Shown one piece after another: positions 29,722 through 39,331 of a DNA stretch of 64,000 bases (its first letter is position 1; every line of letters begins with the position of its first letter). The notes below the pieces were generated by a model. That model was not told the DNA's origin. It did no database searches and saw only the letters and a list, made by a program, of their open reading frames with translations. Origin of the DNA: Prevotella sp. (lineage in GTDB: Bacteria; Bacteroidota; Bacteroidia; Bacteroidales; Dysgonomonadaceae); contig JAITVV010000053.1 of the NCBI GenBank assembly GCA_031285625.1, positions 1-64,000 of the forward strand, given 5' to 3'. The position numbers and the translations under genes were made by a program.

Positions 29722-30563
29722 TATTTTCCTGAAAGGTTTGAGATTGGAGAATTGTCTTTTAGTATAGGAAATAACTCACTATAAGAGAATGGAACCTTGA
29801 TGGCTCCCAATGATGGTGCTGAATATTCTCCCTGATTGAATATATATGTCAGTCCTTTATCATTGATGGAAAAGTTGTTGTTAGATGCTATGTCTTCAAT
29901 GCCCCAGTAGCCGAATTCCAGTAAGTCTTCTGCCTTTTTTACATTGTTTTGGGCTACAATCTTATCCGTCAACATTGTATTGAGCATTTTCTTATACTCG
30001 GGGATGAAAATCTCTTTTTCAGTAACTACATCACCGGTTTTGAGATCAATAATTACATTCTTATAAAAAGTGGAAGAGTTTGCACCTCCTTTAAAGTCCA
30101 TAGAAGATGTCTGATAGGATATAACTCCACCCTTATCATATAATACTTCTGAACTTAATGTTTTATAGAAAGAGAAATAATCGTCAGTTTCCTCAGAACT
30201 AGCCCAGTCCGGGAACTGTACATTTGCTGCCTCTTTGTAATTTGCGATATAATCTGTGATATATTTATCCACAGCATTGGCCGGGCTTAGAGCCTCATAT
30301 GATTCATCTTCCAGAAGGGCATAGTTAAACTCCCTCTGTATTTTACTCAGAATTACAGAATCGGCATACTGGGCAGGATATATGTATTTGATCTTAACAG
30401 AGCAAGATGGCTTTGTAGAGTCATTCTCCAGATGGTAGATTTTAGATACAGCTATAGAGTCATATACAATATCATTTGGTACATCGGCCTTCTTGTTGTC
30501 ACAAGCTGAAAATGTTACAAAAAATATTACCAATAAACTTACCTGTGTAGATATGAATTTCAT
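29721..30563 (-). CDS. DUF3298/DUF4163 (RsiV-like) lipoprotein
   Basis: Lipobox FSAC; KGGAN..; NNFSINDKGLTYIFNQGEYSAPSLG..PFS. Confidence 0.75.
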   Translation of the reverse strand: MKFISTQVSLLVIFFVTFSACDNKKADVPNDIVYDSIAVSKIYHLENDSTKPSCSVKIKYIYPAQYADSVILSKIQREFNYALLEDESYEALSPANAVDKYITDYIANYKEAANVQFPDWASSEETDDYFSFYKTLSSEVLYDKGGVISYQTSSMDFKGGANSSTFYKNVIIDLKTGDVVTEKEIFIPEYKKMLNTMLTDKIVAQNNVKKAEDLLEFGYWGIEDIASNNNFSINDKGLTYIFNQGEYSAPSLGAIKVPFSYSELFPILKDNSPISNLSGK

Positions 30564-30729
30564 ACGGACATTATTTAGTTTCTACTATTGTATACGCTAT
30601 TTAGCCTTAGATTTTATACAAATCTAATACTTCTTATATATTTTACCCTCTCTTTACAATACAAATATACGACAAAAACAAAAATGACAATTTTAATAGG
30701 GATAATTTTATATTTTCAGATTTTATGAA

Positions 30730-30766
30730 AAAGTGCTATACCCTGTGATACAGGGAGTAGCACTTT
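30730..30766 (-). terminator. intrinsic terminator of the vWA-SIMPL operon
   Basis: AAAGTGCTA-TACCCTGT..ACAGGGAG-TAGCACTTT. Confidence 0.7.
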
Positions 30767-30803
30767 AATGAAAAGTTGTGTTAAGGTTTATATTTATGTA
30801 ATC

Positions 30804-31751
30804 TTACTTTAATGATAACTGTTTTATCTCTCCGGCAGGGGTAATAATATTATACGTTTTTTCATCTTTCTTTCTGATGTATTTTGCCACAATAGAATAG
30901 GAAAGCTGTGCTACCGGCTCAACTACGACCGGATTAATTACAATGTCATATTTACTGTAGTCCTGTTGGTTATAATACCGCGACACTACCTTTGGGGTTT
31001 CATTCAGCGATTGTTTCTTTTTAGCCGCATTGAACGACGGGCGTGCATATGACTGATATGAGAAATATCTGGTAGGAGGATAAATCGTGGAAAAGTCATC
31101 AGAGACATTTACATCCATATTTTCAAATTTCAAGCCTGCGATCTCAAAAGATTGCATTTTCTTCTTTAGCTCCTTAAGGCACTCATTTCTCAAGCTGTCT
31201 TTAACGCTTTGCATATCAATGAAGTAATCGACCTTGACGATATCATATATTTCGGCTTTCAGGGCAGATGTTGTGATATGATCCAGCTGAGACGATTCTT
31301 TGTATTGTATCGATATATTCTTTTGCATTTCGTATCCTGCAGGGATCTCATTGTATGATTTGCTGAATAGTTTGGATTCGGTCTGTACGTCATAACGCGG
31401 AACGAACGATACTAGGTCTACCTTTATATTACTTTCATTTATATTGAATAGTCTCAGCTGTTCTTTGAAAGTATTGATCCTGTCATTCATCATCTTGTCT
31501 ATTTCTTCGAGCGATTCCCCTATCTGTACCACATTAAATACGGCTACATAATTAGAAGCGGCTACATTCATCAGGCCATCTACGTTGATAATGATTTCAT
31601 CATTGTTTGCAATAACTGCTTTACTGGCAGGTGCATTGTGTGAATTGTTGTAATTCCTGATTTCGTTGTAGTTAAAGCCTCCCAGGGTTGCCTGTGCTGC
31701 CAGTCCGATAACAGCACAGGAGAATATATAGAGTGTTAAGATTCTTTTCAT
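30804..31751 (-). CDS. SIMPL (DUF541) domain-containing secreted protein
   Basis: Signal peptide; pattern VDGLMNV..YVAVFNV, GYEMQKNISIQY, IYDIVKVDY is consistent with SIMPL. Confidence 0.65.
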   Translation of the reverse strand: MKRILTLYIFSCAVIGLAAQATLGGFNYNEIRNYNNSHNAPASKAVIANNDEIIINVDGLMNVAASNYVAVFNVVQIGESLEEIDKMMNDRINTFKEQLRLFNINESNIKVDLVSFVPRYDVQTESKLFSKSYNEIPAGYEMQKNISIQYKESSQLDHITTSALKAEIYDIVKVDYFIDMQSVKDSLRNECLKELKKKMQSFEIAGLKFENMDVNVSDDFSTIYPPTRYFSYQSYARPSFNAAKKKQSLNETPKVVSRYYNQQDYSKYDIVINPVVVEPVAQLSYSIVAKYIRKKDEKTYNIITPAGEIKQLSLK

Positions 31752-31761
31752 TATTTATTTT

Positions 31762-32901
31762 TTACTTGCTGATTGTATACCCTTTAATATTTGCAAATGC
31801 AATAATAGATTCATTGATGGCTTTTCCCAGATCGTCACTAGTGCTATTATTATCTTTTTTAGCTTGATCGTCTATATATTCCTGACGTTTTTTTGCAAGT
31901 TCGGCTATTTCTTTCTGGATAGAGGTGCGCTCAGCTTCTTTTTCGGCAATTAGTTTCTGAACTTCTGCCTTAGATTTATTTTGTAGTTCCTGAGGCAGTT
32001 CAGATTGTTTGATTTCGTTTAGGGCATCTTTATTTTCCTTTACTTTGTCTACCAGGTCCCACGAACTGTTATTGTATACCTGTTTCGATTTGCTTACTGC
32101 GCGTTCTGCAAAGTTTGATTTAGACATTGCCATTGCGTTGGTATCTTGCACCCTCTGATTTTGTGCATGGGCATATCCGCCCGCTCCATAGCTTATATAG
32201 GTTCTGTTCAGGCGGTCGTTACAGGCACTTATACGGTCATCATAAGGAGTATCGTAATAGCGTATTTTTGCATTGTGGTTGATATTGAAGAATTTACCTT
32301 TTCCTCTTTCAGCACCATCGCGCCACTTGCCTTCTATCCCTTCGTTTGCGCTTCCACAATGGATGGTATTTACATATATGCCTTTAGCCAGTGCCCGGTC
32401 AATAGCTGTCCGGTACGATACGTTGCCTTGTGTAAAAGGTTCGTTTCCGGCAATGTATATAAGTTTCATATCAGACGAATTACTTCCCCAACTGAGCATT
32501 TCTACAGCTTTGCTGATCACGGTTCCGCAGTATTCGTCGCCTCCATATGTAGTCAGTGCAAAAAGCTTTTCGGAGATAAGGTCGAGATTGGTTGTCAGGG
32601 GTGTAACCTGCCTGATATATCCATCAGATCTTCTTAAATTGTCATTCCCGTATTCGTATAAGGCAATCTCTATTTTAGGTGATTTGCCGTTATACTTCAG
32701 TGTGGTCAGTGTATTCACGATATTCCACAGGCGTGATTTAGCCTGATCGATAAGTCCGTCCATACTACTGGATGTATCCAGTAAGATAGCAACCTGAATC
32801 TTAGTCTCGCGGTTCATTTCATCATTTGTTGCCTTTGTATTGCAAAATGCAATTGCTGAGAAAACAAGCAACATAGTGCTTAATAGTATAAACTTTTTCA
32901 T
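31762..32901 (-). CDS. secreted von Willebrand factor A domain protein
   Basis: MIDAS motif LLDTSSSM, GGDEYCG, IAGNE, C-terminal coiled coil, signal peptide. Confidence 0.88.
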   Translation of the reverse strand: MKKFILLSTMLLVFSAIAFCNTKATNDEMNRETKIQVAILLDTSSSMDGLIDQAKSRLWNIVNTLTTLKYNGKSPKIEIALYEYGNDNLRRSDGYIRQVTPLTTNLDLISEKLFALTTYGGDEYCGTVISKAVEMLSWGSNSSDMKLIYIAGNEPFTQGNVSYRTAIDRALAKGIYVNTIHCGSANEGIEGKWRDGAERGKGKFFNINHNAKIRYYDTPYDDRISACNDRLNRTYISYGAGGYAHAQNQRVQDTNAMAMSKSNFAERAVSKSKQVYNNSSWDLVDKVKENKDALNEIKQSELPQELQNKSKAEVQKLIAEKEAERTSIQKEIAELAKKRQEYIDDQAKKDNNSTSDDLGKAINESIIAFANIKGYTISK

Positions 32902-32994
32902 ATCATTGTATTTATGTGTGATAAATAATAGTCATAAATAATAGGTCTGTGACCTTTTGTTACTCAAATGTATTATGTTAAAAAATAAGATTTC

Positions 32995-33031
32995 GGGTAA
33001 AGTGGGTGAATCAGGGTTTTCAATTGGTGAA
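32995..33031. promoter_or_regulatory. putative LytTR binding direct repeat in the divergent promoter
   Basis: GGTGAA at 33005 and 33026 (21-bp period) in otherwise AT-rich intergenic DNA. Confidence 0.5.
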
Positions 33032-33091
33032 ATATAATCTATAAATGTTTTAAAAGTATTTACTTTACAATCGGAACTAATAGAACAATTT

Positions 33092-34876
33092 ATGTATATA
33101 AAATACATTCTTATAATATTACTCACTTTGTCTGCTACTGTTTGCCGGGCACAGGCTGTTGCAGGCTCAAAAAAAGCTTCGGAAAGCTCAGCTTTAATGG
33201 AAGTCTCCAAGGCTATTGAAGAAGGCAGATCGGATGAAGAAGTAGCACAGAGCTATGAGAAACTGGCAAAGGAATTGTCAGATAAAGGTGAGTATGCCAA
33301 AGCGGAAGATTACCTGACCCGTGCAAAAAGGCTATATGAAAAATCTAAGAATAAAGAAAAAATAGCATCTGTAGATATAGAATTATCTAAAGTGCAGGAA
33401 GCGCAGAATAAAGTCAAAGAAGCGATTGTGAGTTTGGGGGCTGCCCAGATGAATACATCAAGCAGAAAGCAACAGAAGGTAAATGCAAATAATATAGGAC
33501 GGTTGTCTAACCAAAGTAATCCAAGGGTACAGAAGGAATACATACAGCAAAATCTGGACTTGGCAACAGAGCCGGAAGAAAAAGCAGTTGCTTATCAGCA
33601 GATGGCCGGTGCTTACATGAGTATGGGAAATGCTCCTGAAGCAATAAAGAACCTGGAGCAAGCATTGGTAACAACAAAAGATCAGCCTGCCGAAACTTTT
33701 AAGATAAAGCGTGATATTGCAAATGCTTTGGCTGCCGATAATCAGACCGAAAGGGCGATTGAAGTGAACAAAGATCTGGTAGCAGAGGCTCGGAACGTGA
33801 ATACCCGTGCTGAGGTAGAGCAGCTGCAAACACTTTCTAATACATTGCTCGAGGCGAACAAGAAAGAGGAAGCTATAAAAATACTGAAAGATGCATATGA
33901 TCTGGCTGTAAATAACGGACAAACTATAGATGCAAAGAATAGCCTCGAACTCCTTGTGCAGCAATATAGGAAAGATAAGCAGCCTCAAAAAGCACTGGAT
34001 GTCTATGCAGACTTTATGAATAAACTGGAACCTCTGGTAAAAGGAGACAGTACACTTATTGATGAGAAATTCTTTCAGGTGCAGGAAAGTAAAATTCTCC
34101 AATTGGAGAAAGAGCGGGAGCTCAAAGATGCTCTGATAGCGAAACAAAATACGTTCAATTATGTGCTTTCAGGAGTAATACTGCTTATATTTATATTCCT
34201 GCTATTCATTGCCAAAGCATTATATTCTATCAAGAAAAAGAATAAGCGTATCGCTCTGCAATCGTTACGCAGGGAGATGAATCCACACTTTATTTTCAAC
34301 AGCCTGAATAGTGTGAATCAGTTTATAGCACAAAACAATGAACTGGAAGCAAATAAGTACCTGTCGTCCTATTCTAAGTTGATGCGTAATATTATGGAGA
34401 ATTCCAATAAGGATTTTATCTCCCTTACTACCGAAATGGAGCAGATGAAGGAATATCTCGACCTCGAATATATGCGTTTTCACGATAAATTTCAGTACAG
34501 AATTGACATAGAAGATGATATAGACAGCGATGCCACAATGATTCCCAATATGCTTATTCAGCCGCAACTGGAAAATGCCATTTGGCATGGCTTGCGCTAT
34601 AGGGAGGGTATAGGTTTGCTTACATTGAAAGTATTAGAGGAGAATAATTGCCTTTATGCAATTGTAGAAGATAACGGTATAGGGCTGACCAAAAGTAAGG
34701 AACTGAAGACAAAACACCAACGTGAACACAACTCGCGGGGGCTGACTAATACACATGAGCGTATCAATCTGCTGAACAGCCTTTACAATACAAATATATC
34801 CATAGATATAAAAGAAAAAGAGGGAAAAGAAACAGGAGTAATTGTTACCTTACGGTTTCCTTTAATAAATAAATAG
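33092..34876 (+). CDS. TPR-containing LytS-type sensor histidine kinase
   Basis: Periplasmic TPR-like helices, one TM segment, H-box EMNPHFIFNSLN, ENAIWHG, DNGIG. Confidence 0.92.
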   Translation: MYIKYILIILLTLSATVCRAQAVAGSKKASESSALMEVSKAIEEGRSDEEVAQSYEKLAKELSDKGEYAKAEDYLTRAKRLYEKSKNKEKIASVDIELSKVQEAQNKVKEAIVSLGAAQMNTSSRKQQKVNANNIGRLSNQSNPRVQKEYIQQNLDLATEPEEKAVAYQQMAGAYMSMGNAPEAIKNLEQALVTTKDQPAETFKIKRDIANALAADNQTERAIEVNKDLVAEARNVNTRAEVEQLQTLSNTLLEANKKEEAIKILKDAYDLAVNNGQTIDAKNSLELLVQQYRKDKQPQKALDVYADFMNKLEPLVKGDSTLIDEKFFQVQESKILQLEKERELKDALIAKQNTFNYVLSGVILLIFIFLLFIAKALYSIKKKNKRIALQSLRREMNPHFIFNSLNSVNQFIAQNNELEANKYLSSYSKLMRNIMENSNKDFISLTTEMEQMKEYLDLEYMRFHDKFQYRIDIEDDIDSDATMIPNMLIQPQLENAIWHGLRYREGIGLLTLKVLEENNCLYAIVEDNGIGLTKSKELKTKHQREHNSRGLTNTHERINLLNSLYNTNISIDIKEKEGKETGVIVTLRFPLINK

Positions 34877-34914
34877 AGCCAATGACGGGTATATCAAAAG
34901 AAATTTCTACTTTT

Positions 34915-35022
34915 TCTTTGTCATGTTGAATAAAGTGAAACATCTCGAGTCCACAAGGTCGAGATTCTTCATTGCACTCAGAAACAACGTTCGACGGAAC
35001 GCAGTGTAGTCAATGACAAAGA
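34915..35022. repeat. REP-like element copy 2 (with 30-bp insert 34984-35013)
   Basis: TCTTTGTCATGTTGAA...GAGATTCTTCATTGCACTCAGAA[insert]TGACAAAGA. Confidence 0.8.
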
Positions 35023-35042
35023 GGTAACATTTTTACATAAAT

Positions 35043-35801
35043 ATGAATACTTTACGAAAAATAACCAGTGTTATAATTGAGGACGAACCTGCCGCACGCG
35101 AGGCCTTAAAGAATTATCTGAATAAATACTGCCCTCAGATAGAAGTAATAGGCGAGGCACATGATGGAAAAAGTGCTATTCCTCTGTTACACGAATTGGA
35201 GCCTCAGCTCGTATTCCTCGATGTGGAAATGCCTTTCGGAAATGCTTTCGACGTACTCGAAGCCAGCAAAGATCTGTATTTTGAGACTATTTTTGTTACT
35301 GCATTTTCTGAATATTCATTGCGGGCGCTTAATCAGAGTGCTGCTTATTACCTGCTTAAGCCTGTCAGTATAGAAGAACTGATACTTGCAGTAAACAAAG
35401 TTCAGCAGCATATTCTTAACAAGGAAATATTTGATCGAAACAAAGTACTTGTCGAAAACTTCCGTGAATCCCGGCCCGAAAAACAGCAGGTAATTCTACC
35501 TACATTAGAAGGCTTTGAAGTGGTGAAAATGGAAGATATTGTTCGCCTGCAAGGCAATGGTAATTTTACGGATATCTACCTGAAGGACAAAAGTAAAAAA
35601 ATGGTTTGCCGTTTTCTCAAGCATTTTAATGAAATACTGCCTTATCCCTTTATACGTGTACATAAATCACATATTATCAATTTCAACTTTGTGAAATCAT
35701 ACCACAAAAATTCGGGTGGTTATGTAACATTACTGGATGATACCGAGATTGAAATATCCTCCAGTTATAAAGAAGATTTTTTGAGGCTGTTTAAGGCATA
35801 A
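35043..35801 (+). CDS. LytTR family response regulator
   Basis: Receiver domain IIEDE, FLDVEMP, FVTAF, YLLKP; LytTR motif FIRVHKSHIIN. Confidence 0.94.
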   Translation: MNTLRKITSVIIEDEPAAREALKNYLNKYCPQIEVIGEAHDGKSAIPLLHELEPQLVFLDVEMPFGNAFDVLEASKDLYFETIFVTAFSEYSLRALNQSAAYYLLKPVSIEELILAVNKVQQHILNKEIFDRNKVLVENFRESRPEKQQVILPTLEGFEVVKMEDIVRLQGNGNFTDIYLKDKSKKMVCRFLKHFNEILPYPFIRVHKSHIINFNFVKSYHKNSGGYVTLLDDTEIEISSSYKEDFLRLFKA

Positions 35802-35813
35802 CGATAAAAAGGA

Positions 35814-35970
35814 AAAGAGGCTGTCCCAAAAGTAATTTTCGCTGTCTCTTTGTCATGTTGAACGGAGTGAAACATCTCGTGACTGGAGGGTCGGGATTCT
35901 TCATTACATTCAGAATGACAAAGAGGGTAATACTTTGATAGTGCAGTTTTACTTTTGGGACAGCCTCTTT
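35814..35970. repeat. 22-bp perfect inverted repeat enclosing REP-like copy 3 (35847-35924)
   Basis: AAAGAGGCTGTCCCAAAAGTAA (35814-35835) / TTACTTTTGGGACAGCCTCTTT (35949-35970). Confidence 0.85.
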
Positions 35971-36008
35971 ATGTTCTTCAAGGTATTATTTGAGAAATTA
36001 ATCTATTT

Positions 36009-36944
36009 TTACTTCCAACCTTCTTTTGTTGGCTTTACTTTCTTAATTGTTCCATCAGCGTTATAATATAGCTTATCTACACATATAGAGCGCAAGTTTC
36101 CTTTTCCCGACAAGTCGCTGTTGTGATAGAAACCGTACCACTGACCTTTATATTCTACTATCGAGCCATGATTGGTGTCGCAGTTGGTAGGATCCATATA
36201 GATACCCTGATATTTCCAAGGGCCTAACGGGCTTTTGCTCGTTGCATATTTTTTTCTGTTGGCTCCCGGATTATTATCAGAATAAGAAAGATAATAAGTA
36301 TCCTTGTATTTGTGTACCCATGTGGCTTCATGAAAATCATCAAGGCCTGCCATCTCTTGTAGTTCACCGTCCAGTTCTACCATATTTTCTTTCATTTTGG
36401 CACCTTTGCAACGGCCACCGCCACCATAGTAGAAATATGCCTGACCGTCATCATCTACAAAGACACAAGGGTCTATCATTGCAAAGTTGTCACTACCGAG
36501 ATCAAGATAACCCTGAACCTGAAAATCGCTGGCTGGCTTGTTACTTGTAGCTATTCCAACTTTCCATGTCTTATTCCACTCTGTTCCGCTGGGGTGAGGG
36601 AAGTAGAAATAATAGGTTCCGTTCCTGTAAGCACAGTCAGGCGCCCACATGAAACCGCCTTCGGGTCTTCCCCACGACACCTGGCTCGAACGCAGTATTT
36701 CTCCGTGGTCTACCCAGTTCACCATATCGTCTGTAGAGAATACATGGTACTGGTCCATCAGGTCGCAACCTTTTGGTGGAGCAATATCATGAGATGCATA
36801 TACATACAATCGTCCATCGTCCCACACATGTGCCGAAGGGTCGGCCGTGAACATATGGCGAATAAAAGGGTTTTTCTGGCTGTAGCTATTGATAGCCATT
36901 AGGGAAAATACTAAAAAGCTTAAAGTTAATAACGTCTTTCTCAT
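36009..36944 (-). CDS. glycoside hydrolase family 43
   Basis: Motifs TADPSA, MWAPD, IDPCVFVDDDG, FHEA and TNHGS. Confidence 0.9.
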   Translation of the reverse strand: MRKTLLTLSFLVFSLMAINSYSQKNPFIRHMFTADPSAHVWDDGRLYVYASHDIAPPKGCDLMDQYHVFSTDDMVNWVDHGEILRSSQVSWGRPEGGFMWAPDCAYRNGTYYFYFPHPSGTEWNKTWKVGIATSNKPASDFQVQGYLDLGSDNFAMIDPCVFVDDDGQAYFYYGGGGRCKGAKMKENMVELDGELQEMAGLDDFHEATWVHKYKDTYYLSYSDNNPGANRKKYATSKSPLGPWKYQGIYMDPTNCDTNHGSIVEYKGQWYGFYHNSDLSGKGNLRSICVDKLYYNADGTIKKVKPTKEGWK

Positions 36945-36996
36945 CGTTTTTTATTAATTATTTGTTTTGTGTTATATTTATTAATTTACACATTGA

Positions 36997-38307
36997 TTAC
37001 TTTCTCACAGGCATCTTTTCACTGTAGCCATTATCTCCGTTAAACCATTTGGCGGCTTCGCCTGATAGCCACAAGTAATGGTCGCTTGGCAGGTTATCTT
37101 CTATTCCCACGAATTTAAAGCCCGAAGCGTTTTTAGGTACTTCATTCTGTCTTAGGCATTTGAATAATGCCGTGCCCTCATCTATCTCGTCAAACATAGC
37201 CAAATATAAAGATTCAGCACCTGCTTTGCGGGCTCCCGCTATCTGCCGCCACAGGAATTCACCACCATGGCGGGGTATTTCATCATACAGTGAAGCATTT
37301 TTTCTCATATTGCCCCAACTGAATCCGGGAAATGCCAGCGGTACATAATCCACATTATTGTTTTTGCACCACTCTATGTCTTGCTGCACGGTATTGGTAT
37401 TATAGTTTTTCAGGCTATAACGTCCTACAGCCCATGGCATAATAATGTCTACTGATTTTATTAATTCATGCAGTTGCGTGTCTTTTTCAGTATCGTTGCC
37501 CAGTGTCCTCCAGTAATATGGAACGCCCAGCATAATGGATACTTTGTTATTATCACCTCTCAGTTTCTTTACCAGATCGGCTATATCCTGGGTTGTATAT
37601 TTTCTCCCGTCATTGAATCCTACACCCCAGATAACGACTAATGGTTTGCCATTATGCCGCAGGTAATTCGGATTCGTTTTATTGTTAAACAAGTCATAAT
37701 CTTTTACCAGTTTTTCAAAGTCGTTGACAATGATATCCAATTCCGAACCTTTACTTCCCGATAGGTCATACATCACACAGATTGCCCTGTTGTACTTATT
37801 CGCTGCTTTCAGGGCGTTTTCAAAGACCTTGGTTATCTGTGCGCGTTTGTCTTTTACAGTAACGAGGAAGCGCTGCATAAAGACACCGTTCAAACCATAT
37901 TCCTTCATCCATTTGAAATGCAGGTCGACAGTAGATTCATCCTGCGGACTGAATACATGTGCTTTATTCCCGTTAGGAAAAGAAAAGGGTGTTTCATATG
38001 TTTTTTCATATTCGGATACATCGGGCCAGAAATCGACAGTAGCAAAGCCCGGTTCGAATTTTCCGTTCTGATTGTAGTGCGTCCAGCCGCTATTGGCTCC
38101 GTCTCCCTGAGCAGTGAACCAACCCTGATAGCCTGCCATCGCCAATCCTTTGTAGCTTGTATAATTACAACCCGTTTCGTCATATTTTGCTTCCTCTATA
38201 GGCTGCTGAGGTTTCTCTTCCTCTGGTTTATTGTTGCCTCTGTTTGCACAAGACATTAGGGCGAAAGAAATCAGAAGTGCTGATATAAATAACTCGTATT
38301 TCTTCAT
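36997..38307 (-). CDS. GH71/GH99-like glycoside hydrolase lipoprotein
   Basis: Lipobox LMSC; MAGYQGWF, HFKWMKEYG, MYDLSG, PGFSWGN, AMFDEIDEGTA. Confidence 0.72.
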   Translation of the reverse strand: MKKYELFISALLISFALMSCANRGNNKPEEEKPQQPIEEAKYDETGCNYTSYKGLAMAGYQGWFTAQGDGANSGWTHYNQNGKFEPGFATVDFWPDVSEYEKTYETPFSFPNGNKAHVFSPQDESTVDLHFKWMKEYGLNGVFMQRFLVTVKDKRAQITKVFENALKAANKYNRAICVMYDLSGSKGSELDIIVNDFEKLVKDYDLFNNKTNPNYLRHNGKPLVVIWGVGFNDGRKYTTQDIADLVKKLRGDNNKVSIMLGVPYYWRTLGNDTEKDTQLHELIKSVDIIMPWAVGRYSLKNYNTNTVQQDIEWCKNNNVDYVPLAFPGFSWGNMRKNASLYDEIPRHGGEFLWRQIAGARKAGAESLYLAMFDEIDEGTALFKCLRQNEVPKNASGFKFVGIEDNLPSDHYLWLSGEAAKWFNGDNGYSEKMPVRK

Positions 38308-38358
38308 TATTATATTGATGTTTATTTCAAGATTAACACGTTTTTTGGTAACCTGTAA

Positions 38359-39312
38359 CTATTTTGTTTGTTTTACCATTTGTATTGTCCCATCTTCATT
38401 GTAGTAGAGCTTATCTACACAAGCAGAACGTAGCCAGTCATTAAACTCCCCGTTCTTTTCAGATAATGAACTGTCATGGTAAAAAGAATACCATTGACCT
38501 TTATATTCGACAATAGAGCCATGATTGGTATAACTGTTTGTCGGCTCCATATAAATGCCCTGATGTTTCCATGGGCCTAACGGACTGCTACTGGTTGCAT
38601 AACGCATACGGTTATCGCCTTTTACACCATCATTCCAGTTCTCATCATGGTTATCCGAATAAGAAAGGTAATAGATCCCATTGCGTTTATGTACCCATGC
38701 CGCTTCGTGGAAATCTTCGAGGCCTTCCATCTTTTGCAGCTCGCCATCTACTTCCATCATATTGTCTTTCAGTTTACCGCCGAGGCAAGTTCCTCCGCCA
38801 CCCTGATAGATATAAGCCTGACCATCATCGTCTATAAATACATTCGGATCGATATGAGATTGCATGCCCTTTACATAGCCCTGTACTACAAAGTCTTTTG
38901 CCGGATATTTGCTTGTAGCAACCCCTATTTTCCAACTTTTTCCAGTATTTGTTTCACTGGGATGAGGAAAGAAGAAATAATATGTTCCATCTTTATACGC
39001 ACAGTCCGGTGCCCACATAAAACCACCTTCGGGACGACCCCAGGGTACCTGGCTCGAACGGAGTATTTCGCCGTGGTCTACCCAGTTGACCATATCATCC
39101 GTAGAGAATACATGATACTGATCCATCAGGTCGCAGCCGCGCGGCGGGGCTATATCATGCGAAGCGTATACATACAGGCGTCCGTCTGCCCATACACGCG
39201 CCGAAGGGTCGGCAGTGTACATATGTTGTATAAATGGATTCTTTTGGCTGTAGCTGTTACAGGATAAGAGGGTAAATACAGCAAAACATGCTGCGAAGAG
39301 TGCTTTTTTCAT
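38359..39312 (-). CDS. glycoside hydrolase family 43 (paralog of 36009..36944)
   Basis: Motifs TADPSA, MWAPD, HIDPNVFIDDDG, FHEA and TNHGS. Confidence 0.9.
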   Translation of the reverse strand: MKKALFAACFAVFTLLSCNSYSQKNPFIQHMYTADPSARVWADGRLYVYASHDIAPPRGCDLMDQYHVFSTDDMVNWVDHGEILRSSQVPWGRPEGGFMWAPDCAYKDGTYYFFFPHPSETNTGKSWKIGVATSKYPAKDFVVQGYVKGMQSHIDPNVFIDDDGQAYIYQGGGGTCLGGKLKDNMMEVDGELQKMEGLEDFHEAAWVHKRNGIYYLSYSDNHDENWNDGVKGDNRMRYATSSSPLGPWKHQGIYMEPTNSYTNHGSIVEYKGQWYSFYHDSSLSEKNGEFNDWLRSACVDKLYYNEDGTIQMVKQTK

Positions 39313-39331
39313 TGAGTGTCATGTTATGTTT

